From: Candidatus Magasanikbacteria bacterium CG1_02_32_51 | GTDB taxonomy: Bacteria > Patescibacteriota > Patescibacteriia > Magasanikbacterales > UBA922 | DNA length: 64,000 nt | Assembly (NCBI GenBank): GCA_001871435.1 | Contig: MNVC01000019.1 | Span: 218-64,217, forward strand | Reading direction: 5' to 3' | In this document: piece by piece, positions 39,162-50,786 of the stretch | How positions within the stretch are numbered: the stretch's first letter is position 1 | Layout: the number at the start of each line of letters is the position of its first letter | The notes under the pieces: model-generated | Database searches by the model: none | What the model was told of the DNA's origin: nothing | Seen by the model: the letters and a program-made list of their open reading frames with translations, nothing else | Program-made: the position numbers and the translations under genes

Positions 39162-39584
39162 TTATTTTAATTTTCTGTATTTGTTACCAACTCTTATTCT
39201 ATTCATCTCTTTATCAATAAGAGCTTGAAGTCTAGCAAAGTCAACATCTTCACCAGCCTTAGCTTTGATCATTTCCTCTTCAGCTCTCTTGCGAGCTTCC
39301 TGTGCACGTTCAACATCAATAGTGTCAGCTCTTTCTACTTTATCAGCCAAGACAACTATTTTATTTTCATCTTGTATTTCCAAGAATCCACCCGCTACAG
39401 CATAAGGATGTTCACCATCTTTATCAATAATTTTCAATTCTCCAACAGCCAAAACAGAAACCATAGGGATATGACTGGGTAATACTGTAATCTCTCCGCT
39501 AGTTGTTGGAATACTAACTTGGTATATTTCATTTTCATATACCAATCTTTCTGGAGTAACTATTTTGAAATTGATCATAATCAA
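39162..39584 (-). CDS. atpC: F1 ATP synthase epsilon subunit
   Basis: Beta-sandwich N-terminus (KIVTPERLVYE...VSIPTTSGEITVLPSHIP) plus a helical C-terminus; position after atpD. Confidence 0.8.
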   Translation of the reverse strand: MIMINFKIVTPERLVYENEIYQVSIPTTSGEITVLPSHIPMVSVLAVGELKIIDKDGEHPYAVAGGFLEIQDENKIVVLADKVERADTIDVERAQEARKRAEEEMIKAKAGEDVDFARLQALIDKEMNRIRVGNKYRKLK

Positions 39585-39598
39585 AACTTAGGATACTT

Positions 39599-41026
<1,428 letters not shown>

Positions 41027-41056
41027 TTAAGTTTATTTATTAATTTAGATAATAAA

Positions 41057-42022
41057 TTAACCCAAAGTTGCAGCTCCACCAGCAATTTCAGCAATTTCTT
41101 GGGTAATACCTGCTTGTCTAGTTTTATTATAAGTAAGATTTAATTCTTTTATCATATCACTAGCTGAATCCCCGGCATTTTTCATAGCCATCATACGAGC
41201 ACTATGTTCACTAGCTGAACTTTCCAAAAGTGATTGATAAATTTGCATTTCAACTAATCTTGGTAAAATTGTTTTCAATACTTCTTTTTTACTTGGTTCA
41301 AATAGATATTCACTTATTTTTTCTTGTGGTTCCTTACTCAAAGTTCTATTAAGCAAATTTTCATTTTTACCAAGGCCACTAATTGTCTTCTCCAAGTCAA
41401 ATTCAGAAATTGGTAATACTTGTCTTATTTTAGCTTCTTGAGAAACTACTGAACGATAATCTGTATAAGCCACTACGACTTTATCATATTTTTTTGTTTT
41501 GTAATCTTCTATTACTATTTGAGTAGCTACCAAGACATCTTCTAATTGAGGTTTATCAGAAATACTATTGAAAGAAGCAATTAAATTATAACCATTCTTT
41601 TTACAAAAATCTGCACCTTTACGACCAATACCAATCACATCGATTTCTACATGTTCACTTGGTTGAGTATGTTTGTTATGAGCACGTTGAAAACTAATAT
41701 TTCTAGGATTTTTTAATTGGATTGCAGTTTTTTTGATAATATTAGAGTTAAAACTTCCGCACAAACCACGATTGGAAGTAATAAGAATTACCAACATTCT
41801 TTTTACTTGTCTTATTTCCAGCAAAGGTATTCCTTCTTTTTCAGTTTTTGATAAATTTATGAGCAAATCCCAAGCAATAGTAGCATAAATTCTAGTATCC
41901 AAAGCAGCTGAAACTGCTTTACGCATTTTTGCAGCTGAAACCATTTCCATAGCCTTGGTTATTTTTTTGGTGTTGGAAACTGATTTTATTCTAGTTTTGA
42001 TTACTTTTCCAGAAACTGCCAT
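41057..42022 (-). CDS. atpG: F1 ATP synthase gamma subunit
   Basis: Conserved N- and C-terminal helices (MAVSGKVIKTRIKSV...AGGAATLG); operon position. Confidence 0.85.
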   Translation of the reverse strand: MAVSGKVIKTRIKSVSNTKKITKAMEMVSAAKMRKAVSAALDTRIYATIAWDLLINLSKTEKEGIPLLEIRQVKRMLVILITSNRGLCGSFNSNIIKKTAIQLKNPRNISFQRAHNKHTQPSEHVEIDVIGIGRKGADFCKKNGYNLIASFNSISDKPQLEDVLVATQIVIEDYKTKKYDKVVVAYTDYRSVVSQEAKIRQVLPISEFDLEKTISGLGKNENLLNRTLSKEPQEKISEYLFEPSKKEVLKTILPRLVEMQIYQSLLESSASEHSARMMAMKNAGDSASDMIKELNLTYNKTRQAGITQEIAEIAGGAATLG

Positions 42023-42054
42023 AATATTATTTTACAAAAAAGTTAAATTAGTAT

Positions 42055-42132
42055 GGATACGAAATACGAAAGGTACAAAATTACGAAAGTATTCCGCAAT
42101 TCGTATGTTCGTAAATTTCGTATTTCGTATCC
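42055..42132. repeat. nested palindromic array of a 7-mer (atacgaa / ttcgtat) in the atpA-atpG spacer
   Basis: ggatacgaaatacgaaa ... tttcgtatttcgtatcc form a perfect 17-bp inverted repeat, with inner ttacgaa / ttcgtat copies. Confidence 0.6.
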
Positions 42133-42142
42133 CTTGTATCAT

Positions 42143-43636
42143 TTATTTTATTTTAACAAAATCCTCACAAGCTTCTTTCAAATCTGCAATAATATTATCA
42201 TCCCACTCCCCTTTTCTAATTTTTCCTAACAATGATTGTCTACTAACTTTTACAAAATCCAAAAACTTTTTTTCCATTTCAGTCATATCTACAATAGCAA
42301 CATCATCAAAATAGCCATTGTCTACAGCAAAGATAGCAACTACTTGATCTTCTATTTCCATTGGACTATATTGTGGTTGTTTCATAAGTTCTACTACACG
42401 AGCACCTCTATCCAATTGTTTTTTTGTTTCTACATCAAGATCACTGGCAAATTGAGCAAAAGCTTCAAGTTCACGATATTGTGCCAAAGCCAACTTGATT
42501 TTTCCAGAAACTTTTTTCATTGGTTTGGTTTGAGCTGCCCCACCAACACGAGAGACTGAAATACCAATATTTAAAGCTGGGCGAATACCTTTGTAAAACA
42601 AATCAGTCTCTAGGAAAATTTGACCATCAGTAATTGAAATTACATTGGTAGGAATATAAGCAGTTACATCCCCTGCTTGTGTTTCAATAATAGGCAAAGC
42701 AGTGATAGATCCACCACCGTGTTCTTTGTTAAGATTACAAGCACGTTCCAAAAGACGGGAGTGAAGATAAAAAACATCTCCAGGATAAGCTTCACGACCT
42801 GGTGGACGTCTAAGAAGAAGTGAAATTTCACGATAAGCCCAAGCTTGTTTAGTAAGATCATCATAGACAATAAGTACATCTTGACCTTTGTCAGCAAAAT
42901 ATTCAGCCATAGATACTCCAGCATAAGGAGCAATAAAAGACATAGCAGCAGGATCAGAAGCGCCAGCCACTATGATGGTAGTATATTCCATAGCCCCATT
43001 TTCTTCCAACTTTGCTACAAGACGAGCTACTTTTGATTCTTTTTGTCCAATAGCAACGTAGATACATTTCATGTTTTTGCCTTTTTGATTGATAATAGCA
43101 TCAATAGCAATTGCAGTTTTACCAGTTTGACGATCACCAATAATAAGTTCACGTTGTCCACGACCAATTGGAATCATGGCATCAATAGCTTTGATACCAG
43201 TTTGGACTGGCTCAGACACCGGTTGACGACTCATCACGCCAGGAGCAACTTTTTCTACAGGATAAAAATCTTTGGTATTCACTTCACCTTTGCCATCAAT
43301 AGGCTGACCTAAAGCATTTAATACTCTACCTATTACTTGTTCACCTACTGGTACTGACAAAATTCTTCCTGTTCTTTTTACAGTGTCACCCTCTTTTATT
43401 TTTTCATAATCACCCAAAATCATAACACCTACAGTTTCTTCTTCCAAATTCAAAGCTACACCCATAATACCACCTGGAAATTCCAGCATTTCTTGAGATT
43501 GACACTTAGTCAAACCATTTATGCGTGCAATACCATCCCCTACTTCAATAACATTACCAACTTCTTCTACTTCCACAGTTTTTTGAAAAGCAGAAATATG
43601 TTTCTTTAGTTCTTCGATTACTTGATTTGTAGACAT
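42143..43636 (-). CDS. atpA: F1 ATP synthase alpha subunit
   Basis: [10 protein letters not shown]-loop; 497 aa. Confidence 0.95.
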   Translation of the reverse strand: MSTNQVIEELKKHISAFQKTVEVEEVGNVIEVGDGIARINGLTKCQSQEMLEFPGGIMGVALNLEEETVGVMILGDYEKIKEGDTVKRTGRILSVPVGEQVIGRVLNALGQPIDGKGEVNTKDFYPVEKVAPGVMSRQPVSEPVQTGIKAIDAMIPIGRGQRELIIGDRQTGKTAIAIDAIINQKGKNMKCIYVAIGQKESKVARLVAKLEENGAMEYTTIIVAGASDPAAMSFIAPYAGVSMAEYFADKGQDVLIVYDDLTKQAWAYREISLLLRRPPGREAYPGDVFYLHSRLLERACNLNKEHGGGSITALPIIETQAGDVTAYIPTNVISITDGQIFLETDLFYKGIRPALNIGISVSRVGGAAQTKPMKKVSGKIKLALAQYRELEAFAQFASDLDVETKKQLDRGARVVELMKQPQYSPMEIEDQVVAIFAVDNGYFDDVAIVDMTEMEKKFLDFVKVSRQSLLGKIRKGEWDDNIIADLKEACEDFVKIK

Positions 43637-43649
43637 ATATTTTTCGATA

Positions 43650-43680
43650 ATCTTGAGCGGAGTGAAAGATCTGTAGACCC
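43650..43680 (-). promoter_or_regulatory. start-codon-abutting GC hairpin motif (member 4), upstream of atpA
   Basis: In mRNA sense: gggucuacagaucuuucacuccgcucaagau, 13 nt before the ATG. gggtctacagatc also occurs at 14816-14829 and, as a variant, at the window end. Confidence 0.45.
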
Positions 43681-43751
43681 TTCGAACGCTTCTTTTTATT
43701 TAAATGTTTTAATTTATTTAATAAATAGAAATAATACATTATTAACTCCAT

Positions 43752-44138
43752 TTATGTAGTTAAACTTTTCTTCAAATTAATCAACTGCATTCTCACACTT
43801 GCATCCAAAATTCTATCTTCCAATTTGACTCTTACCCCACCAATCAGACTTTCATCTATTTTTTCCACAGCTTCAACTTGCTTGGCAAAAGATTCTTTTA
43901 TTTTTTCTACAATATCTTTGTCAAGTTTTCTAGCGGATGTAATTTCTATTTCAATTATTCCTTGTTTTTTCTTAGCAATTTTTTCAAATTCTACAATAAT
44001 ATTGTTACCTTGTTTTAATCTTCTATTTTTTGATAAAAATTTTACAAAAGCCTCTAGTGTTGTATCAAGATCTTTTTCAACCAAACCAATCGTCAATTCA
44101 TATAAGGCTTCTGCAAATTGTCTATTAGAAATTTTCAT
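43752..44138 (-). CDS. atpH: F1 ATP synthase delta (OSCP) subunit, short form
   Basis: 128 aa; its position between atpF and atpA, plus helical N-terminal domain (AEALYELTIG). Confidence 0.55.
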   Translation of the reverse strand: MKISNRQFAEALYELTIGLVEKDLDTTLEAFVKFLSKNRRLKQGNNIIVEFEKIAKKKQGIIEIEITSARKLDKDIVEKIKESFAKQVEAVEKIDESLIGGVRVKLEDRILDASVRMQLINLKKSLTT

Positions 44139-44148
44139 ATATTTATGT

Positions 44149-44177
44149 CATCCCGAGAGAAGCGAGGGATCTTTCCC
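44149..44177 (-). promoter_or_regulatory. start-codon-abutting GC hairpin motif (member 5), upstream of atpH
   Basis: In mRNA sense: gggaaagaucccucgcuucucucgggaugac, 10 nt before the ATG. Confidence 0.45.
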
Positions 44178-44234
44178 AGCAATGTCTCAGTCTAAATAAT
44201 TAAACTTTCAATTGATTCTAAAAGTCGTTTAAAA

Positions 44235-44783
44235 TTATTTCTTTAACTCTTTCAGACTATCTTCTATTATTTTTTTATCAATTTTGCCATCCATTTTTTC
44301 ATTTAAGATTTTTTCTAACACAGAAACAATAAGAGTAGCTGATTCTTGTCTAATTTCTTCCATCATTTGTACTTTTTCTGTCTGAATACTTTTTTTGGCT
44401 TGAGTTACAATAGCCTCTACATCAGTTTTGGCTTTATTTTTCATATCTTCACCAAGTTGTTTACCTTCACTATGAGCTTTTTCAATGACTTTATTAGCTT
44501 CACCTTTGGCTTCTTTCAATTTGTCTTGATATTCTTTTTCACCCAAAGCAAGATTTGTTTCAATTTCTTTGGCATTATCTATACTTTCATCAATCATTTT
44601 TTTACGTTCTTCCAATTTCTTGGTCAATGGTTTCAAAATCAAAAACCAAAGAATAATAGCCACAATTATAAAATTGACAAGTTGAAATACAAACAATTGA
44701 GTATTAAGACCCAAAGATGCTGGCAAACTTTCTTCGTTAATAATAGCTTGATTTTGAGTATTTAGTACATTTATTTCAGCCAT
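44235..44783 (-). CDS. atpF: Fo ATP synthase subunit b
   Basis: Single N-terminal TM followed by a long charged helix (EERKKMIDESIDNAKE...). Confidence 0.7.
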   Translation of the reverse strand: MAEINVLNTQNQAIINEESLPASLGLNTQLFVFQLVNFIIVAIILWFLILKPLTKKLEERKKMIDESIDNAKEIETNLALGEKEYQDKLKEAKGEANKVIEKAHSEGKQLGEDMKNKAKTDVEAIVTQAKKSIQTEKVQMMEEIRQESATLIVSVLEKILNEKMDGKIDKKIIEDSLKELKK

Positions 44784-44856
44784 ATTTTATTTTAATATTT
44801 TTTAAAAAATAAACTTCTAAAACCAAACCTGCTAAACAGATTTGGTAAATAGCAAT

Positions 44857-45108
<252 letters not shown>

Positions 45109-45225
45109 CTATTTTGACGACTGGAGTTGATTTTTTAAGTCGTAAAGTAAGCATCTTTTAATTATTAAGTGATCTTTCGATCTTTTGAACTTCAAATTAT
45201 TGAAATCCATCAAGATTAAAACATC

Positions 45226-46023
45226 TTAATTTTGATGACTCTCTTCCTCACCATGTGGTACAGAGGTAGCTACAGTCAAATATACTAAAGTAAGCATAGA
45301 AAATACTGCTGCTTGTATTACACCAACCAGTAATTCCAACAACATAAATGGCGCAGGAACAATAGCAACTACTAGAGCAGAAATCACTGAAATCAAAACT
45401 TCACCAGCAAAAATATTACCAAAAAGACGAAGAGAAAGTGAAATAACTTTGGCAATTTCAGAAATTATTTCTAATAAACCAACACCAAATTCAATAATGG
45501 CTGTGAGTACGGCCATTGGACCTTTTTTGAAACTTTTGAAAACATTTTTGATTTGAACAAATTTTCCTAAATGGGTAAATATACCAATAGTAGCAAAAGC
45601 ATAAAGATGAGAGCCAATTACTGATATAAGAGCCATAACCAAAGTAAGATTGAGATCAGTGTTGGCAGGACGAAGTAACATATTTTCGCCAATATGAATG
45701 CTTCCAGTACCTGGCAAAAGACCCAACCAATTTGATAACAAAATAAAAAAGAAAATAGCACCAACAATAGGCAAAAATCTAATAGTCTTTTTATGATCTC
45801 CAGTAACTTGATCAAAATATCCCAAAATCAATTCCAAAAAAAATTCACAAGCATTTTGTAATTTTCCTGGTTTCAATTTTACACTTCTTTTTATAGAGAT
45901 TCCCAAAATCAAAAAAATAATAATAGCAATCCACACATTTATTACAGTATTTGTAACAGCAAGATTACCAATGTGAAATATTGTCTCTGGGGCAAGTGTA
46001 GGAATGTGAATTTCTCCGGACAT
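45226..46023 (-). CDS. atpB: Fo ATP synthase subunit a
   Basis: Five or six TM helices; C-terminal LSLRLFGNIFAGE contains the conserved Arg. Confidence 0.8.
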   Translation of the reverse strand: MSGEIHIPTLAPETIFHIGNLAVTNTVINVWIAIIIFLILGISIKRSVKLKPGKLQNACEFFLELILGYFDQVTGDHKKTIRFLPIVGAIFFFILLSNWLGLLPGTGSIHIGENMLLRPANTDLNLTLVMALISVIGSHLYAFATIGIFTHLGKFVQIKNVFKSFKKGPMAVLTAIIEFGVGLLEIISEIAKVISLSLRLFGNIFAGEVLISVISALVVAIVPAPFMLLELLVGVIQAAVFSMLTLVYLTVATSVPHGEEESHQN

Positions 46024-46103
46024 AAAGATTATTTGTTTTGAAAATTCTTTGTAATTTTTTGTATTATTTTTCCAAAACGAGCCAACTGTCTAAGGACTAC
46101 AGA

Positions 46104-46436
46104 CTACTTTTTTTCTCTGTTGTCTGTTGACTGTTGTCTGTCGTCAAGTTTTTTATACTCTTCTCCAAATTGTTTTGCTTTTTTGTAAATCATCTTACCA
46201 GACAAAAGAGTTGCCAAGAAAAAAGCTGAAATCGTAAACCAAGGAGCATAACCATATTTATCTTCAAGCCACTGACCAATTAACACAAATACTACAATTG
46301 GTACAGCAATTATTGCCCCAAAGTCACCAATGATTCTCAATCCTAACATGATATATTGTCTATCTTTAGGATCCTCTGGTAAAAGTGACATAAAGTTATA
46401 AAGAATAATAGTTTGAAAAACGGTGCTATTATACAA
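46104..46436 (-). CDS. AtpZ/AtpI-like small membrane protein (ATP synthase gene 1)
   Basis: 110 aa with two TM helices, at the head of the atp operon. Confidence 0.4.
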   Translation of the reverse strand: MYNSTVFQTIILYNFMSLLPEDPKDRQYIMLGLRIIGDFGAIIAVPIVVFVLIGQWLEDKYGYAPWFTISAFFLATLLSGKMIYKKAKQFGEEYKKLDDRQQSTDNREKK

Positions 46437-46639
46437 GTTTTTCCTTATTTAGTCAATTATCCAACAAAATTTCTGTGTATAATAATGTATAAACAAAATA
46501 CACCAAAAATTAACACGCGAAAAGTTTATCATAAGTAAACCCTCTGTCAATCATAGTACTCTTGACAAACGGTTTAATGTCTGATGAAAAAATACCTTTA
46601 TAGTGTACAATTTTAGGATATTTGGCTAAGTAAACAGTA

Positions 46640-46700
46640 AATAGTAATTAGTAAAAAGATTTCAATAACAAGTTCTATTTACTATTGTCTATTTACTAAT
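46640..46700. promoter_or_regulatory. 13-bp inverted repeat (agtaattagtaaa / tttactaattact) upstream of the atp operon; candidate operator
   Basis: Read directly in the 260-bp region 5' of atpZ (minus sense). Confidence 0.3.
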
Positions 46701-47548
46701 TACTTCACTTTAATCTTATCAAAAAGTCTCAAACTATTTCCCCAGGCTAGTTTTTGTGTTTCTGTGATTGATATTTTTTTGATATTAGCAATTTTATCTA
46801 TCACTTCCTCTACCATCCAGGGTTCACACCTCTTACCACGATATTTTTGTGGTGCTAAATAAGGGGCGTCAGTTTCAACCAAAAATCTATCCAGTGGAAC
46901 CTTACTAACAACTTCCCAAAGATCTTCTTGAATTTTTGGTTCAGTTTTCTTGATTGGAAAAGTAATAATACCAGTAAAACCAAGATTAAGCCCAAATTCT
47001 AAATATTTACTAGCAGAAGACCAGTCACCACTAAAACAATGTACAACACCTCTAATTGGCTTTGATAGAGTCTCTAATACTTCTATAAGCTCTTTATGAG
47101 CATTACGCACATGAATTACCAATGGTAAATTGTATTTTTGAGCAAAATTATACTGTGCCAAAAATACTTTTTTTTGTTTTGATAAAATTTCTTCTACAGC
47201 TCTATCTTTTGGTATATGGAACAAATCCATACCACATTCCCCCACGGCGATTACTCTATTAGATTTTGCTAACTCAGCAAAGTATTCTTCATCAAAATTT
47301 TCTTCACGAGAGACAAATGATGACTCTTCTTCATCTACATGAGTTGGAAATAGATGTATTGGGTGAATACCAATGGATGCAAAAACATTATCATGACTTT
47401 CGGCCAATTCAACTGCCTTTTTACTTGTATCTTTTTGGGTACCTATAGCGTGTAGAAAGATATTCTTTTTCTTACAAAGTTTTAAAACTTTCGCACGCTC
47501 TTCATCAAAACCTTTGAATTGTATATGGCAATGGGAATCTAAAATCAT
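46700..47548 (-). CDS. tatD: TatD family metal-dependent hydrolase/DNase
   Basis: ILDSHCHIQF, GECGMD and VVHCFSG motifs. Confidence 0.8.
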   Translation of the reverse strand: MILDSHCHIQFKGFDEERAKVLKLCKKKNIFLHAIGTQKDTSKKAVELAESHDNVFASIGIHPIHLFPTHVDEEESSFVSREENFDEEYFAELAKSNRVIAVGECGMDLFHIPKDRAVEEILSKQKKVFLAQYNFAQKYNLPLVIHVRNAHKELIEVLETLSKPIRGVVHCFSGDWSSASKYLEFGLNLGFTGIITFPIKKTEPKIQEDLWEVVSKVPLDRFLVETDAPYLAPQKYRGKRCEPWMVEEVIDKIANIKKISITETQKLAWGNSLRLFDKIKVK

Positions 47549-47551
47549 ATT

Positions 47552-48088
47552 TTATTTGATTACATTTTCTACATAATCTACTGTGGAATGCAAAAGTTGT
47601 AAAGCTTGAGGCAAAAGAGGTAAAAAAATAGAAGCAATACTACTCAAGATTGGAGCTAATGTTGAATGTGCCAAACCCGTCATTACTTTTTCAGAAAGTG
47701 GAATTCTCTCCACAAAATAAACAAAAAGGCCAACACTCAAGATTCCTTCTATTAGACCAAATCCTAAACCAAACAGATGATTGAAAGTTTTTACAAAAGG
47801 AATAATAGATACTATCTTAAAAATTTTATCAACAAACCAAAATAAAACACCAATAGCACTAGTAATGATAAAAAAGGCTATTATAAACATTAAAACTTTA
47901 CTTGTATTGGCATGCCAACCAGTAAAAGATGAAAGCCAATTTGCCAAATCCTGATAATATCTACCAGCAAGATAAACACCCAAAAAAGTACCAACAAGAG
48001 AACCAAAGGCTCTAACAAATCCAGTCCAAAAACCATAAATGCCAAAACCACCAATAATTATAAGTAAAATAATGTCAGTAATATGCAT
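47552..48088 (-). CDS. cvpA: CvpA family membrane protein
   Basis: Four TM helices and an N-terminal DIILLIIIGGFGIYGFWTGF typical of CvpA. Confidence 0.55.
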   Translation of the reverse strand: MHITDIILLIIIGGFGIYGFWTGFVRAFGSLVGTFLGVYLAGRYYQDLANWLSSFTGWHANTSKVLMFIIAFFIITSAIGVLFWFVDKIFKIVSIIPFVKTFNHLFGLGFGLIEGILSVGLFVYFVERIPLSEKVMTGLAHSTLAPILSSIASIFLPLLPQALQLLHSTVDYVENVIK

Positions 48089-48142
48089 ACAAAAGCAATA
48101 ATATAATAATTATATTTTACTATAAAAATAGTAAAAAGTAAA

Positions 48143-48336
48143 CAAAAAAAGCCCCTATGGGGCAATTATATTGAAGATGTGAGTGGACAGGCACGATCTT
48201 CAAAAAAATTACTCAACGTGGAAAGCCTATAAGGAGGTAACGGCACATCGCGTCAAGGTGTCTTCGAGAAGCCTCAGATCCAAGTTTTCCACACACACAT
48301 GGATACTGAGTTTTTCGCACCTGCCACACTCACAAA
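48143..48336 (-). ncRNA. candidate rod-like sRNA (6S-like) with its own promoter and intrinsic terminator
   Basis: The minus-strand transcript starts near gugagugUGGCAGG (48333) and closes with CCUGUCCAcucac. Internal helices UGGAAAA/UUUCCA and GAAAAACUCA/UGAGuaaUUUUUU give a long irregular hairpin, ending in gccccauaggggc plus a U8 run (48143-48163). TTGACA at 48363-48368 in minus sense. GC enriched. The only overlapping ORF (48183-48437, +) looks spurious. Confidence 0.35.
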
Positions 48337-48433
48337 TAGAGTATTGCACTTTTTCAAGCCTTTGTCAAGTATCTAAACAAATAAAATTACCCTTAGTTAA
48401 GGCAATTTTATTTATTAATTTAAAAAAAATATC

Positions 48434-49963
48434 CTAAATAATATGTTTTTCCAACCTTACAAACAATATTTCAGCTTTTTTGATTTCATTTCCTTCTTTT
48501 AACAACCCCCAATTCTTTTTTTCTGCCAAATTATTTTCTATTTCCAAATTTAATTGAGCCAATATTTTCTTTGCTGTTTCTGGAATTATAGGTACAAGAG
48601 ATAGAGCCAAATGTCTAAGACCTTCCACAAGTTGATAAAGTAAAACAGAAATATTTTCACCAGTCTTTACTTTTGCCCAAGGTTTTTCTTCTGAAATTTT
48701 TACATCAATTTTTGAAACCAAAGAATTGATATTTTTTATTACTTCTTCAAAATCAAATTTTGCAAAGGCAATATCATAATCAACCCAAAACTTTGCTGTT
48801 TCAAAAATATCTTCAGCAACTTTTGGAATTTTATTTTCATTATATTTTTCTATCATGGTTAGTATTCTGGAAGTCAAATTACCAATACCATTTACCAAAT
48901 GGGCAGTATAAAAATCTTCAAAACGAGAGATACTAAAATCTCCATCTTTAGTAGACGAGACAGCCCCAAGTAGATAGTAACGTACAGCATCAGTACCATA
49001 CTTCTCCACTACATCTTTTGGATCTACCACATTACCAATTGATTTACTCATTTTTTCACCCTCAACAGTAAGATAACCATGAATAAATTCTAGAGTTGGC
49101 AGACTTAATCCAGCTGAAATTAACATTGCTGGCCAATATAACACATGAAATTTACCAATACCCTTACCAATTACATGCACAACTTCCCTGTCTTTTTGAT
49201 CTTTTTGCTCCCAATATTTACTAAACAAACTTTCGTCAGCACTACCGAAATTAAGACCTGTAATATAATTTGACAAAGCATCTACCCAAACATACATAAT
49301 CTGATTTTCATCACCTGGAACTTTTACACCCCAATTATGTGCACGCTCTGCACTACGAGAAATACTGAAATCTTCTAATCCCCTATCAATGAAAGCTAAC
49401 CATTCGTTCTTACGAAATTCTGGAGTAATTTTTATAATATTCTTTTCTACCAATTCTTTCAATTTTTCTTGATAGTTGGAAAGTTTGAAAAACCAATTTT
49501 CCTCTTCCACTATTTCTGGTTCAGTTTTGTGTTCTGAGCACTTACCATTTTCTAGCTCATCTTCCTTGTAAAAAGCTTCACAACCAACACAATAAAGACC
49601 TTTATATTTTTTCTTTTCCAAATCTTCTGCCTTAAAATTTGTCCATAATTTTTGAGCACCAATGAAATGTCTCTTTTCTGTGGTACGAATGAAATCATCA
49701 AAGGAAATATTCAAAATATCTTTAAAATCATAAAAAGTTTTGTAGTATTCATCTACAAATTGTTGTACATTTTGACCAAGTTTTTCTGCGGCCTGAACAT
49801 TTTTCAAAGAATTTTCATCAGTCCCCGTCAGAAAAAAAACATCTTTTCCAAGCAACCTCTGATAACGTGCCATCGCATCGGTTTGGACATATTCCAAGGC
49901 ATGACCAACATGTGGTTTACCATTAACATAAGGAATAGCTGTTGAAATGTAATATTTATTCAT
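48434..49963 (-). CDS. metG: methionyl-tRNA synthetase, short form without the C-terminal EMAPII-like domain
   Basis: ISTAIPYVNGKPHVGHALE (HIGH region) and KMSKS (EGEKMSKSIGN); zinc knuckle CVGCEAFY...CSEHK. Confidence 0.9.
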   Translation of the reverse strand: MNKYYISTAIPYVNGKPHVGHALEYVQTDAMARYQRLLGKDVFFLTGTDENSLKNVQAAEKLGQNVQQFVDEYYKTFYDFKDILNISFDDFIRTTEKRHFIGAQKLWTNFKAEDLEKKKYKGLYCVGCEAFYKEDELENGKCSEHKTEPEIVEEENWFFKLSNYQEKLKELVEKNIIKITPEFRKNEWLAFIDRGLEDFSISRSAERAHNWGVKVPGDENQIMYVWVDALSNYITGLNFGSADESLFSKYWEQKDQKDREVVHVIGKGIGKFHVLYWPAMLISAGLSLPTLEFIHGYLTVEGEKMSKSIGNVVDPKDVVEKYGTDAVRYYLLGAVSSTKDGDFSISRFEDFYTAHLVNGIGNLTSRILTMIEKYNENKIPKVAEDIFETAKFWVDYDIAFAKFDFEEVIKNINSLVSKIDVKISEEKPWAKVKTGENISVLLYQLVEGLRHLALSLVPIIPETAKKILAQLNLEIENNLAEKKNWGLLKEGNEIKKAEILFVRLEKHII

Positions 49964-49981
49964 AATATTTAATTAAATGCT

Positions 49982-50659
49982 TTATTTACTAATAACAATC
50001 ACAAATTCTCCTTTATCTTTGACCTGCATATCACCGAGTCCGCCGACAGTTCCGCGATAAATAGTTTCAAATTTTTTGGTAAGTTCACGACATAGACAAA
50101 TTTTGGTTTCAGGATTCAAAAACTCTTGCATACTAATAATAGCTTTAAGAATTCTATGATTTGACTCATAAAAGGCTGTAGTATATTCTAAATCTTTCAA
50201 ATTACTAAAAAAAGCTTGACGGCCCTTTTTTTGGGGAGGAAAGCCAAGAAAAACAAACTTATCAGTAGGAAACCCAGAAATTGAAAGGGCTGTAACCACA
50301 GCACTGACGCCAGGAATTGGTACAACACTTATTTGTTCATTACTACTCAAAATTTCAAATATCAACCTATTTCCTGGATCAGAGATTCCTGGAGTACCAG
50401 CATCAGAAACAAGAGCTAAATTTTTTCCTTCTTCCAATAATTTTTTAATTTCCAAAACTTTTTTATCATCACTATGCTGATGATAACTAATTGTTTTAGT
50501 TTCAATAGAATAGTGATTGAGAAGTTTCTGAGTTACTCTAGTATCCTCACATAACACAAAATCAACACTTTTCAAAGTTTCTAAAGCGCGAAAAGTAAAA
50601 TCACCCAAATTCCCAATAGGTGTAGCTACAATATATAATTTTCCAAAATTATCATTCAT
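49982..50659 (-). CDS. rsmI: 16S rRNA (cytidine1402-2'-O)-methyltransferase RsmI
   Basis: LYIVATPIGNLGDFTFRALETLKSVDFVLCEDTR N-terminus of the tetrapyrrole-methylase fold. Confidence 0.8.
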   Translation of the reverse strand: MNDNFGKLYIVATPIGNLGDFTFRALETLKSVDFVLCEDTRVTQKLLNHYSIETKTISYHQHSDDKKVLEIKKLLEEGKNLALVSDAGTPGISDPGNRLIFEILSSNEQISVVPIPGVSAVVTALSISGFPTDKFVFLGFPPQKKGRQAFFSNLKDLEYTTAFYESNHRILKAIISMQEFLNPETKICLCRELTKKFETIYRGTVGGLGDMQVKDKGEFVIVISK

Positions 50660-50786
50660 AAACTTACAAATAGTGGCTTTATTATAACAAAAAGGGCTAA
50701 AAAAGCAACAATCACAAAAAATAGAAGATTTTTTCTGTTTTTTATGATATAATTTAAAAACTTAAACAAGACTAACTATTTTCTTT

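Noticed and set aside
48183-48437. 84-aa ORF in the metG-cvpA gap
   Set aside because: No motif support and an odd composition. The region is better explained by a minus-strand structured RNA with a promoter and intrinsic terminator.
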